A DNA stretch of 64,000 nucleotides from Escherichia phage vB_EcoM_SA21RB: the sequence record OL960580; one strand, 5' to 3'. Below, piece after piece: positions 48,151 through 57,905 of this stretch; positions within the stretch are counted from its first letter, which is position 1, and each line of letters starts with the position of its first letter. Position numbers and translations under genes: made by a program. A model generated the notes under the pieces. That model was not told the origin of the DNA. It did no database searches and saw nothing but the letters and a program-made list of their open reading frames with translations.

Positions 48151-48549
48151 TTATACTCTGTTACTGGAAGCCAGTTGCAATTTTATCTGCTCAATATCAT
48201 CAGGGTTATCGATGACCGAAAAGCGTATTTCTACTATCAGAGTGTAATCATCATAAACTGGTATTACATTAACTGCTAATTTATCAATACGTGGCTCGTA
48301 GTTTCTTACTGCGCTTTCAATGTTACGCTCAACAGTATCAGCAGTAAGAGGAGTCATATTCTCAAAAAGCTGATCAGATAAATCACATCCAAATTCTGGG
48401 TCAAATGGTCTCGACCCTTTTCTGGTTGTAATAATTCCCAAAAGGCTATTTTTAATTGACCTTAATCCAAGGGATCTAGAAACATCTTTGTCCCAATCCA
48501 TTTTCATTTCTGGGTCAATGTCAGAATAAAGTTTATTGATATTTGCCAT
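48151..48549 (-). CDS. 25: baseplate wedge protein gp25
   Basis: ORF track, 132 aa. Confidence 0.9.
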   Translation of the reverse strand: MANINKLYSDIDPEMKMDWDKDVSRSLGLRSIKNSLLGIITTRKGSRPFDPEFGCDLSDQLFENMTPLTADTVERNIESAVRNYEPRIDKLAVNVIPVYDDYTLIVEIRFSVIDNPDDIEQIKLQLASSNRV

Positions 48550-49175
48550 TACAATAGCTCAAAGAATTCTTTGAGTCCTCTTATTACATGAGCGTGAGAT
48601 TTTCCACACTCTGGACATTTAATTGGAACAGCCAAATAAACAGTAGGCTTTAAAAGCATATCTTTTATAGCTACAATATCTGACTCTGTGATGATAGAAT
48701 ATAAATCTTCCAACTCTTTTTCATTCAAGTCTTCAATTGGAATGCTTTCACCGTTAGCATGAATAGTTTCTATACATGATACTATCATGTGGGCTATATT
48801 TTTATCATCAAAAATTTTAGGGTAATGGAACTTAATTTTAATGTCACCCAGTGTATACCAGAGGTCTTCTGGCGCATCTATTTGCGTATGTAATAGATTT
48901 ATATGGGTTGGTATTTCAGTTCCACAGGTGCACTTCCAGGAGTTTTCGTGATTAACTTCTCCAAGAGAATGCGCCCATAAATGAATCAGCAGTAGTTCTG
49001 ATTCTTGGCGGTTTAAATCTTTTGCATTTGTGCATTCTTTGATTAGCTTTTTAACGATCTCTTCTACTGAACCGTTCTTTTTAGCAGTAATAAGTTCTAG
49101 ATATTCTTTAAGAGTAAATGCGCGACAATTGATTATTTTAGAACCAACTCTCACGTCAAATTTGTATTCATACAT
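48549..49175 (-). CDS. 26: baseplate hub protein gp26
   Basis: ORF track, 208 aa; divergent from gene 51. Confidence 0.85.
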   Translation of the reverse strand: MYEYKFDVRVGSKIINCRAFTLKEYLELITAKKNGSVEEIVKKLIKECTNAKDLNRQESELLLIHLWAHSLGEVNHENSWKCTCGTEIPTHINLLHTQIDAPEDLWYTLGDIKIKFHYPKIFDDKNIAHMIVSCIETIHANGESIPIEDLNEKELEDLYSIITESDIVAIKDMLLKPTVYLAVPIKCPECGKSHAHVIRGLKEFFELL

Positions 49176-49200
49176 ATTTAGCTCCTTTATTTATCATATT

Positions 49201-49208
49201 TATAAATA
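49201..49208 (+). promoter_or_regulatory. T4 late promoter TATAAATA for gene 51
   Basis: Exact motif upstream of ATG at 49226. Confidence 0.6.
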
Positions 49209-49225
49209 GAATAAAAGGAGCATCT

Positions 49226-49975
49226 ATGGCAAACATTATTCGTTGTAAATTACCAGATGGTGTTCATCGTTTTAAACCATTTACGGTAGAAGATTATCGA
49301 GATTTTTTGTTAGTTCGAAACGATATAGAACATCGGTCACCACAAGAACAAAAAGAAATAATTGCTGATTTAATTGCTGATTATTTTGGAGACTATCCGA
49401 AGACTTGGCAACCATTTATATTTTTGCAGGTATTTGTAGGGTCAATAGGTAAAACTAAAGTACCAGTCACATTCGTATGTCCAAAATGTAAAAAAGAAAA
49501 GACAGTTCCATTTGAAATATATCAAAAAGAATTAAAGGAACCTGTTTTTGATGTAGCTAATGTTAAAATTAAATTAAAGTTTCCTTCTGAGTTTTATGAA
49601 AATAAAGCAAAGATGATTACTGAAAATATTCATTCTGTTCAAGTAGATGAAATTTGGTATGATTGGAAGGAAATTAGCGAGTCCAGTCAAATAGAACTAG
49701 TTGACGCCATCGAGATAGAAACACTAGAAAAAATTCTCGATGCAATGAATCCTATTAATTTAACTCTACATATGTCATGCTGTAATAAGTACATTAAAAA
49801 ATACACTGATATAGTAAATGTGTTTAAGCTATTAGTTAACCCAGATGAAATATTTACTTTTTATCAAATCAATCACACGCTCGTAAAAAGTAATTATAGC
49901 TTAAATTCAATAATGAAAATGATTCCTGCCGAGCGCGGATTCGTATTAAAACTGATTGAGAAGGATAAACAATAA
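49226..49975 (+). CDS. 51: baseplate hub assembly catalyst gp51
   Basis: ORF track, 249 aa. Confidence 0.85.
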   Translation: MANIIRCKLPDGVHRFKPFTVEDYRDFLLVRNDIEHRSPQEQKEIIADLIADYFGDYPKTWQPFIFLQVFVGSIGKTKVPVTFVCPKCKKEKTVPFEIYQKELKEPVFDVANVKIKLKFPSEFYENKAKMITENIHSVQVDEIWYDWKEISESSQIELVDAIEIETLEKILDAMNPINLTLHMSCCNKYIKKYTDIVNVFKLLVNPDEIFTFYQINHTLVKSNYSLNSIMKMIPAERGFVLKLIEKDKQ

Positions 49976-51150
49976 TGAGTATGTTGCAACGCCCAGGATA
50001 TCCAAATCTCAGCGTTAAATTATTTGATAGCTACGACGCTTGGAGTAATAATAGATTTGTTGAATTAGCTGCTACTATTACCACATTAACTATGCGGGAT
50101 TCTCTTTATGGCCGAAATGAAGGAATGCTGCAGTTTTATGATTCTAAAAATATCCATACAAAAATGGATGGAAATGAAATAATTCAGATTTCTGTAGCTA
50201 ATGCAAACGATATTAATAATGTTAAAACACGAATTTATGGATGTAAGCATTTTTCCGTGTCAGTAGATTCAAAAGGTGATAACATCATTGCTATTGAATT
50301 GGGAACTATTCATTCAATAGAAAACCTTAAATTCGGTAGACCATTTTTCCCTGATGCAGGTGAATCTATAAAAGAAATGCTTGGCGTCATTTATCAAGAC
50401 CGCACATTATTAACTCCAGCAATAAATGCTATAAATGCTTATGTTCCTGATATTCCATGGACTAGTACATTTGAAAATTATTTGTCCTATGTAAGAGAAG
50501 TTGGTCTAGCTGTAGGAAGCGACAAATTTGTATTTGTGTGGCAAGACATCATGGGAGTTAACATGATGGACTATGATATGATGATAAATCAAGAACCGTA
50601 TCCAATGATTGTTGGTGAGCCATCTTTAATAGGTCAATTCATCCAAGAATTAAAATATCCATTAGCATATGATTTCGTTTGGTTGACTAAATCAAATCCT
50701 CACAAACGTGACCCAATGAAAAACGCTACTATCTATGCGCATTCATTTTTAGATTCTTCATTGCCAATGATTACTACAGGAAAGGGCGAAAACTCTATTG
50801 TAGTGTCAAGGTCAGGTGCTTATTCTGAAATGACTTATAGGAATGGCTATGAAGAAGCTATTCGTCTTCAGACTATGGCGCAATATGATGGCTATGCTAA
50901 ATGTTCTACTGTCGGTAATTTTAACTTGACTCCTGGCGTTAAAATTATTTTTAATGATAGTAAAAACCAATTTAAAACAGAATTTTACGTTGATGAAGTT
51001 ATCCATGAATTATCCAATAATAATTCAGTAACTCATCTATATATGTTCACTAATGCAACGAAACTGGAAACAATAGACCCAGTTAAGGTTAAAAATGAAT
51101 TTAAATCTGATACTACCACTGAAGAAAGTAGTTCTTCCAATAAGCAATAA
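49975..51150 (+). CDS. 27: baseplate hub protein gp27
   Basis: ORF track, 391 aa. Confidence 0.9.
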   Translation: MSMLQRPGYPNLSVKLFDSYDAWSNNRFVELAATITTLTMRDSLYGRNEGMLQFYDSKNIHTKMDGNEIIQISVANANDINNVKTRIYGCKHFSVSVDSKGDNIIAIELGTIHSIENLKFGRPFFPDAGESIKEMLGVIYQDRTLLTPAINAINAYVPDIPWTSTFENYLSYVREVGLAVGSDKFVFVWQDIMGVNMMDYDMMINQEPYPMIVGEPSLIGQFIQELKYPLAYDFVWLTKSNPHKRDPMKNATIYAHSFLDSSLPMITTGKGENSIVVSRSGAYSEMTYRNGYEEAIRLQTMAQYDGYAKCSTVGNFNLTPGVKIIFNDSKNQFKTEFYVDEVIHELSNNNSVTHLYMFTNATKLETIDPVKVKNEFKSDTTTEESSSSNKQ

Positions 51151-51628
51151 AGAAGTTTCTATTCCTAAAATGGGTCTTAAACATTATAACATTTTAAAAG
51201 ATGTTAAAGGTCCTGATGAAAATTTAAAACTTCTTATTGATTCTATTTGTCCGAATTTATCACCGGCAGAAGTTGATTTCGTTTCTATTCATTTATTGGA
51301 ATTTAATGGAAAGATTAAATCTCGTAAAGAAATAGATGGTTATACTTATGACATTAATGATGTTTATGTATGCCAAAGATTAGAATTTCAATACCAAGGA
51401 AATACATTTTATTTTAGACCTCCTGGAAAATTTGAACAATTTTTAACGGTGAGCGATATGTTATCTAAATGCTTGCTTAAGGTCAACGATGAAGTTAAAG
51501 AAATTAATTTTCTTGAGATGCCAGCATTCGTTTTAAAATGGGCAAATGATATTTTTACAACTTTAGCAATTCCTGGCCCTAATGGTCCAATAACTGGAAT
51601 TGGCAATATTATTGGATTATTTGAATGA
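51095..51628 (+). CDS. 28: baseplate hub distal protein gp28
   Basis: ORF track, 177 aa; overlaps gp27 3-prime end. Confidence 0.85.
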   Translation: MNLNLILPLKKVVLPISNKEVSIPKMGLKHYNILKDVKGPDENLKLLIDSICPNLSPAEVDFVSIHLLEFNGKIKSRKEIDGYTYDINDVYVCQRLEFQYQGNTFYFRPPGKFEQFLTVSDMLSKCLLKVNDEVKEINFLEMPAFVLKWANDIFTTLAIPGPNGPITGIGNIIGLFE

Positions 51629-53397
51629 AAAAGCCACAAGAAATGCAAACGATGCGTAGAAAAGTTATTTCAGATAATAAACCGACACAGGAAGCGGCTA
51701 AATCCGCTTCCAACACTTTATCTGGACTTAATGATATATCTACGAAATTGGATGATGCTCAAGCTGCTTCTGAATTAATTGCTCAAACTGTCGAAGAAAA
51801 ATCGAATGAAATAATTGGAGCAATTGACAATGTAGAAAGCGCAGTGAGTGATACTACTGCTGGTTCTGAGTTAATTGCTGAAACTGTCGAAATTGGCAAC
51901 AATATTAATAAAGAAATCGGTGAATCGCTCGGAAGCAAATTAGATAAATTAACAAGTTTACTAGAGCAAAAAATTCAGACAGCTGGAATTCAACAGACAG
52001 GAACCAGTTTAGCCACAGTTGAAAGCGCTATTCCTGTTAAAGTCGTTGAGGATGATACTGCTGAATCTGTGGGTCCTTTATTACCGGCTCCTGAAGCAGT
52101 TAATAACGATCCTGACGCTGATTTTTTCCCTACCCCTCAGCCAGTTGAACCTAAACAAGAATCGCCAGAAGAAAAACAGAAAAAAGACGCATTTAACTTA
52201 AAATTATCTCAAGCTTTAGATAAATTAACAAAGACTGTTGATTTCGGATTTAAGAAATCTATTTCAATTAGTGATAAAATATCAAGCATGTTATTTAAGT
52301 ACACCGTCAGTGCTGCTATTGAAGCTGCTAAAATGACTGCAATGATATTGGCTGTTGTTGTTGGAATAGACCTGTTGATGGTTCATTTTAAATACTGGTC
52401 AGATAAATTTTCAAAAGCCTGGGATTTATTTAATACTGACTTTACTAAATTCTCTAGCGAAACCGGAACTTGGGGTCCTTTATTACAGAGCATCTTTGAT
52501 TCTATTGATAAAATTAAACAACTTTGGGAAGCGGGAGATTGGGGTGGATTGACAGTAGCTATTGTTGAAGGGCTTGGAAAGGTTCTTTATAATTTAGGAG
52601 AACTTATTCAGCTTGGAATGGCTAAATTATCTGCAGCAATTCTTCGAGTCATTCCTGGTATGAAAGACACTGCAGATGAAGTAGAAGGAAGAGCACTAGA
52701 AAATTTCCAAAATTCTACTGGAGCATCTCTCAATAAAGAAGACCAAGAAAAAGTAGCAAATTATCAAGATAAACGAATGAATGGAGACCTTGGCCCAATA
52801 GCAGAAGGACTAGACAAAATCTCTAACTGGAAAACTCGTGCATCTAACTGGATTCGTGGTGTAGATAATAAAGAAGCACTGACTACTGACGAAGAACGTG
52901 CAGCAGAAGAAGAAAAATTAAAGCAGCTTTCACCTGAAGAAAGAAAAAATGCTTTAATGAAGGCCAATGAAGCTCGTGCCGCGATGATTCGTTTTGAAAA
53001 ATATGCTGATTCAGCTGATATGAGTAAAGACTCAACGGTTAAATCAGTTGAAGCTGCCTATGAAGACCTTAAAAAACGGATGGATGATCCGGATTTAAAT
53101 AATTCACCGGCAGTTAAAAAAGAACTTGCTGCTAGATTTTCTAAAATTGATGCTACTTATCAAGAGCTCAAGAAAAATCAGCCTAATGCCAAACCTGAAA
53201 CTTCGGCTAAATCACCGGAAGCGAAACAGGTTCAGGTGATTGAAAAGAACAAAGCACAGCAAGCTCCTGTTCAACAAGCATCTCCTTCAATCAATAATAC
53301 TAATAATGTTATTAAGAAAAATACTGTCGTTCATAATATGACACCCGTAACGAGTACGACTGCTCCTGGTGTATTTGATGCGACTGGAGTTAATTAA
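51625..53397 (+). CDS. 29: tail tape measure / baseplate hub protein gp29
   Basis: ORF track, 590 aa. Confidence 0.9.
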   Translation: MKKPQEMQTMRRKVISDNKPTQEAAKSASNTLSGLNDISTKLDDAQAASELIAQTVEEKSNEIIGAIDNVESAVSDTTAGSELIAETVEIGNNINKEIGESLGSKLDKLTSLLEQKIQTAGIQQTGTSLATVESAIPVKVVEDDTAESVGPLLPAPEAVNNDPDADFFPTPQPVEPKQESPEEKQKKDAFNLKLSQALDKLTKTVDFGFKKSISISDKISSMLFKYTVSAAIEAAKMTAMILAVVVGIDLLMVHFKYWSDKFSKAWDLFNTDFTKFSSETGTWGPLLQSIFDSIDKIKQLWEAGDWGGLTVAIVEGLGKVLYNLGELIQLGMAKLSAAILRVIPGMKDTADEVEGRALENFQNSTGASLNKEDQEKVANYQDKRMNGDLGPIAEGLDKISNWKTRASNWIRGVDNKEALTTDEERAAEEEKLKQLSPEERKNALMKANEARAAMIRFEKYADSADMSKDSTVKSVEAAYEDLKKRMDDPDLNNSPAVKKELAARFSKIDATYQELKKNQPNAKPETSAKSPEAKQVQVIEKNKAQQAPVQQASPSINNTNNVIKKNTVVHNMTPVTSTTAPGVFDATGVN

Positions 53398-53405
53398 GGA
53401 ATAAT

Positions 53406-54500
53406 ATGGCAATTGTTAAAGAAATAACTGCTGATTTAATTAAAAAATCCGGTGAGACAATTTCAGCCGGACAAAGCACTAAATCAGAAGTAGGAATTAA
53501 AACATACACAGCCCAGTTTCCAACTGGGCGTGCTAGTGGTAATGACACTACAGGGGACTTCCAGGTAACAGATCTATATAAGAATGGATTATTATTTACT
53601 GCATACAATATGTCATCTAGGGATTCTGGAAGTCTTAGATCAATGAGATCTAACTACTCTTCTTCATCTTCGAGTATTTTACGTACAGCCAGAAACACTA
53701 TCAGTAATACAGTATCAAAACTGTCAAATGGATTAATATCAGATAATAATTCAGGAACAATAAGTAAAGCCCCTGTTGCAAATATTCTTTTACCGAGATC
53801 TAAATCTGATGTTGATACATCATCACACAGATTTAATGATGTTCAAGAAAGTCTTATCAGCAGAGGCGGAGGTACTGCTACTGGTGTGTTAAGTAATATT
53901 GCTTCAACTGCAGTATTTGGGGCACTGGAAAGTATAACACAGGGTATAATGGCTGATAATAATGAACAGATTTATACTACAGCCAGAAGTATGTATGGTG
54001 GAGCTGAGAATAGAACTAAAGTGTTTACATGGGATTTGACTCCACGTTCAACAGAAGATTTAATGGCTATTATCAATATCTATCAATATTTTAACTATTT
54101 TTCTTATGGTGAAACAGGTAAATCTCAATATGCTGCTGAAATAAAGGGGTATTTAGATGATTGGTATCGTTCTACATTAATTGAACCTTTATCTCCGGAA
54201 GACGCAGCTAAAAATAAAACACTATTTGAGAAAATGACATCGAGTTTAACTAACGTTCTAGTAGTTTCAAACCCGACAATTTGGATGGTGAAAAACTTTG
54301 GTGCAACATCTAAGTTTGATGGAAAAACGGAAATATTCGGTCCATGCCAAATACAGAGCATCAGATTTGATAAAACGCCTAATGGTAACTTTAACGGATT
54401 AGCTATTGCTCCAAACCTCCCTAGTACATTTACTCTTGAGATTACTATGAGAGAAATTATCACGTTAAACCGTGCTTCTTTATATGCGGGGACTTTTTAA
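53406..54500 (+). CDS. 48: baseplate-tail tube junction protein gp48
   Basis: ORF track, 364 aa. Confidence 0.9.
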   Translation: MAIVKEITADLIKKSGETISAGQSTKSEVGIKTYTAQFPTGRASGNDTTGDFQVTDLYKNGLLFTAYNMSSRDSGSLRSMRSNYSSSSSSILRTARNTISNTVSKLSNGLISDNNSGTISKAPVANILLPRSKSDVDTSSHRFNDVQESLISRGGGTATGVLSNIASTAVFGALESITQGIMADNNEQIYTTARSMYGGAENRTKVFTWDLTPRSTEDLMAIINIYQYFNYFSYGETGKSQYAAEIKGYLDDWYRSTLIEPLSPEDAAKNKTLFEKMTSSLTNVLVVSNPTIWMVKNFGATSKFDGKTEIFGPCQIQSIRFDKTPNGNFNGLAIAPNLPSTFTLEITMREIITLNRASLYAGTF

Positions 54501-55465
54501 TGTATTCTTTAGAGGAATTTAATAATCAAGCAATAAACGCAGATTTCCAGCGTAATAATATGTTTAGCTGCGTTTTTGCGACAACTCCATCAACTAAAAG
54601 CTCTTCGTTGATAAGTTCAATTAGCAACTTTTCTTATAATAACTTGGGCCTAAATTCAGATTGGTTAGGATTGACTCAAGGCGATATTAATCAGGGAATT
54701 ACCACGCTAATTACTGCTGGCACACAAAAACTGATAAGAAAATCAGGGGTTAGTAAATATCTTATTGGTGCCATGAGTCAACGTACAGTTCAAAGTTTAT
54801 TGGGCTCATTTACAGTTGGTACATATTTAATTGACTTCTTTAATATGGCATATAACTCATCTGGGTTGATGATATACTCTGTAAAAATGCCAGAGAATAG
54901 ATTATCCTATGAAACTGACTGGAACTATAACTCTCCTAATATTCGTATAACTGGGAGAGAATTAGACCCTTTGGTTATTTCATTTAGAATGGATTCAGAA
55001 GCTTGTAACTATCGTGCAATGCAAGACTGGGTTAACGCTGTTCAAGACCCAGTAACTGGACTGCGTGCTTTGCCACAAGATGTCGAGGCAGATATTCAGG
55101 TTAATCTTCATTCTCGTAATGGATTGCCTCATACTGCGGTGATGTTCACCGGATGCATTCCAATATCAGTGAGCGCTCCTGAGTTATCATATGATGGAGA
55201 TAACCAAATAACTACATTTGATGTTACTTTTGCGTACAGAGTGATGCAGGCTGGAGCGGTTGATAGGCAAGCTGCGCTTGAATGGCTTGAATCTGCTGCT
55301 ATAAATGGTATTCAAAGCGTTCTCGGAAATAGTGGAGGTGTTACTGGACTATCTAATTCGCTTTCACGACTTAGTAGATTAGGAGGGACTGCTGGAAGCA
55401 TTTCAAACATTAATACTATGACAGGAATTGTTAATTCGCAGAGTAAAATATTAGGAGCAATATAA
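54500..55465 (+). CDS. 54: baseplate-tail tube initiator gp54
   Basis: ORF track, 321 aa. Confidence 0.9.
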   Translation: MYSLEEFNNQAINADFQRNNMFSCVFATTPSTKSSSLISSISNFSYNNLGLNSDWLGLTQGDINQGITTLITAGTQKLIRKSGVSKYLIGAMSQRTVQSLLGSFTVGTYLIDFFNMAYNSSGLMIYSVKMPENRLSYETDWNYNSPNIRITGRELDPLVISFRMDSEACNYRAMQDWVNAVQDPVTGLRALPQDVEADIQVNLHSRNGLPHTAVMFTGCIPISVSAPELSYDGDNQITTFDVTFAYRVMQAGAVDRQAALEWLESAAINGIQSVLGNSGGVTGLSNSLSRLSRLGGTAGSISNINTMTGIVNSQSKILGAI

Positions 55466-55469
55466 CAAT

Positions 55470-55498
55470 GGGGACCTTTCGGTCCCCATATTTTTATT
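55470..55498 (+). terminator. rho-independent terminator after gene 54
   Basis: GGGGACC-TTTC-GGTCCCC hairpin followed by T-rich tract. Confidence 0.65.
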
Positions 55499-55784
55499 TA
55501 CGGAATGAAATGAAAGCAGAAACTGAAGCAACTAAACTGTCTTCAATATAAACTTCAATTTTTACCGGAGCTTCTGACTCGAATTTACCTGTTACTACAC
55601 CTTGGAAAATACTTTCAGTTTGTTCTGGCTTTGAAAAATTTTCAGAAGGAAAAATTCCGAACTTTTTATCTGTTCCAAAAATTTTGATAAATTCATCATA
55701 AACTGCTTCATTAAAAGCATTATCAGCAGGAATAACGCCTTCAACTACAAGTTCTTGACCTAAAAAGCGCAAAGAAGATTTCAT
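55494..55784 (-). CDS. hypothetical protein
   Basis: ORF track, 96 aa. Confidence 0.5.
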   Translation of the reverse strand: MKSSLRFLGQELVVEGVIPADNAFNEAVYDEFIKIFGTDKKFGIFPSENFSKPEQTESIFQGVVTGKFESEAPVKIEVYIEDSLVASVSAFISFRK

Positions 55785-55844
55785 TTTGTGTTCCTTATGT
55801 TATATCAGTAAGATTACTATAACACAACACGAGGGACTTGTAAA

Positions 55845-57902
55845 CTACATTTTGAACTTTTTAGACATTCCGTTAATGTTAACCAAAGAAGCTAAGATTT
55901 GAGAAACTTCGTTTTCCTCTTCTTTTGATTCTTCTACAAGGAATTGATTAAATCCAGCCATTGGACGAACTTCACCAGTTTCCATTAAATGGTCGCCATC
56001 ATATACTGATTCTTCTAATTGTTCAGAAGGAGGAACGATTGTACCTTCGATTAGATACTTATTATAAGCAGTTTCTTTCATAAAGTACGTACTTACTTTA
56101 TTAATCTTCAGTAAAATTCCACGCGGTAGAATAACTTCAGCTTCTGATGGAAATCCTGATAAATGACCTGGAACGATAACTTTGATTCGCTCAGCTCCTT
56201 TAATTACCATACCCACGCTAGTTTCAGCATCTTCATTAGCATATGTAGAATGACTACCCATATGCATCAAATCTTCTGCATCAACGGAACCTTCTCCTTC
56301 ACCAGAAAATACTGCGCCGGAATCATCTAGAGCCATATAGTTTTTACCATGCTCACCGAAGATATTTGGTTTAAGCGATGTGGATACGAAGTTCTTGAAA
56401 TAGAACATTTTATTTTCAATGTTATGACGCAAAGTTTTAAAGGTAACTTCTTGCCCACGATAAAGAGTAGTTCCTGGAGGAAGAACTGAACCTTTAGCAA
56501 ATGCAGAATCCAACGTCTCGATGTGTTTAATAGCTCGTTCCATATATTCTTCACGAGTAGAATCTGGTTTACCCAAGAGGAACGAGTTCATTTCAACATA
56601 TGAATCTGCACAATAATCTTCAATTACATCAGACTCAGCCTGAGTCAGTCCTTTTGGAGTTACTTCGGTGCTTGCGTATTCATATGCCTGAGCAGCAGAT
56701 TCATTAATCAATTTATAAATGCCATTCATGACAAATTGAATAATAGCTGTCTTTTCATCTGACGTAGCTTTAGAACCTTTAACTAAATCATTGATAATTT
56801 TCTTAATAACATCAAAGCTATTAGAAATATTAATATCAGCAAGATCGCTTAAAATTTTATCAGTTTTATAATCAAAGAATTCTTTATTCTTTAAATATTC
56901 TTGAGAACCTTGATATGTTATATCGCTCTGCAACTTGATGGATGGATCACGTAAACGTGCATGGGCTAATGCAATATGATTTCGGAAGTTTTCTAGTTCA
57001 TAATCGCTAGATTTAAAACGAGAAGCACTTCTCATACCACCGATAGCTCCTTTGCTGAAGTTTGAACCAATCTGAATAACGCCAGAGTTCATTGGTCCTT
57101 CTGCTTTATATACCGGAACTTTAGATTCAAACTCTTGATATTTCTTGGCAGCGAAGCTATCACCCTGAAGCGAAGCATCTACAGTAGAATATTGAGCTTG
57201 CGCTGCTAATCGACGACTAATTTTAGTTTTCTGAATAACAGCTTGATCCGTGCGCTTATCATTTTCTAAAGCAATAGAAGCAGCAACAGCAACAGCTTTA
57301 GGAACAGCATTACCTGTTTTAACATCTACATAAACATCACCAACCTTTGATTCAACTTTTGTGAATAACTCAGTTGAAATAGGAGGTACACCTGGAATGT
57401 CTTCTAAATTGGCATTTTTACGGTAAACCATAATATATGCATACTTTTTATCATAATCCCAGATTTCCTTTAAAAGAACATATCGACCTGCTCCTTTAGT
57501 ACGTACTAAACGGTCAGCAATAACTTGCATTTGACGAGCTGCGCCATTTGTTTTACTTTTTAGTACGCGGAATAGGCATGCGTCAATTTTATACTGTTTC
57601 ATTGTTTGAAGAGCAGTATCAAAAACCGCATTAATAACACCAATTGGATTTCCACCCAAGTTTTTAAGTTTAACTAATGATAGTTTCTCATTAACACCTA
57701 TCATTACGATATGCATCATTTTATCGCCTGGCTTAACGTTTTTATTTGTATCACCGCCAGAGGTGTATGTACAAAATCTAAATCCAGGAAGCACGCTTTC
57801 TTCGCCGGCTTGAATAGCAAAAATTTGAGGTATTTTATGCTTAGGATTTAAGTTAACAACCGGCGCCGAAGCGCCGTCAAATAATTCTGTAATAAGTTCC
57901 AT
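55845..57902 (-). CDS. Alt-family mono-ADP-ribosyltransferase paralog (685 aa)
   Basis: ORF track; N-terminus MELITELFD shared with adjacent Alt gene; C-terminal R (LYRG), STS (FVSTSL) and E-x-E (EAEVILPRG) motifs. Confidence 0.7.
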   Translation of the reverse strand: MELITELFDGASAPVVNLNPKHKIPQIFAIQAGEESVLPGFRFCTYTSGGDTNKNVKPGDKMMHIVMIGVNEKLSLVKLKNLGGNPIGVINAVFDTALQTMKQYKIDACLFRVLKSKTNGAARQMQVIADRLVRTKGAGRYVLLKEIWDYDKKYAYIMVYRKNANLEDIPGVPPISTELFTKVESKVGDVYVDVKTGNAVPKAVAVAASIALENDKRTDQAVIQKTKISRRLAAQAQYSTVDASLQGDSFAAKKYQEFESKVPVYKAEGPMNSGVIQIGSNFSKGAIGGMRSASRFKSSDYELENFRNHIALAHARLRDPSIKLQSDITYQGSQEYLKNKEFFDYKTDKILSDLADINISNSFDVIKKIINDLVKGSKATSDEKTAIIQFVMNGIYKLINESAAQAYEYASTEVTPKGLTQAESDVIEDYCADSYVEMNSFLLGKPDSTREEYMERAIKHIETLDSAFAKGSVLPPGTTLYRGQEVTFKTLRHNIENKMFYFKNFVSTSLKPNIFGEHGKNYMALDDSGAVFSGEGEGSVDAEDLMHMGSHSTYANEDAETSVGMVIKGAERIKVIVPGHLSGFPSEAEVILPRGILLKINKVSTYFMKETAYNKYLIEGTIVPPSEQLEESVYDGDHLMETGEVRPMAGFNQFLVEESKEEENEVSQILASLVNINGMSKKFKM

Positions 57903-57905
57903 GAT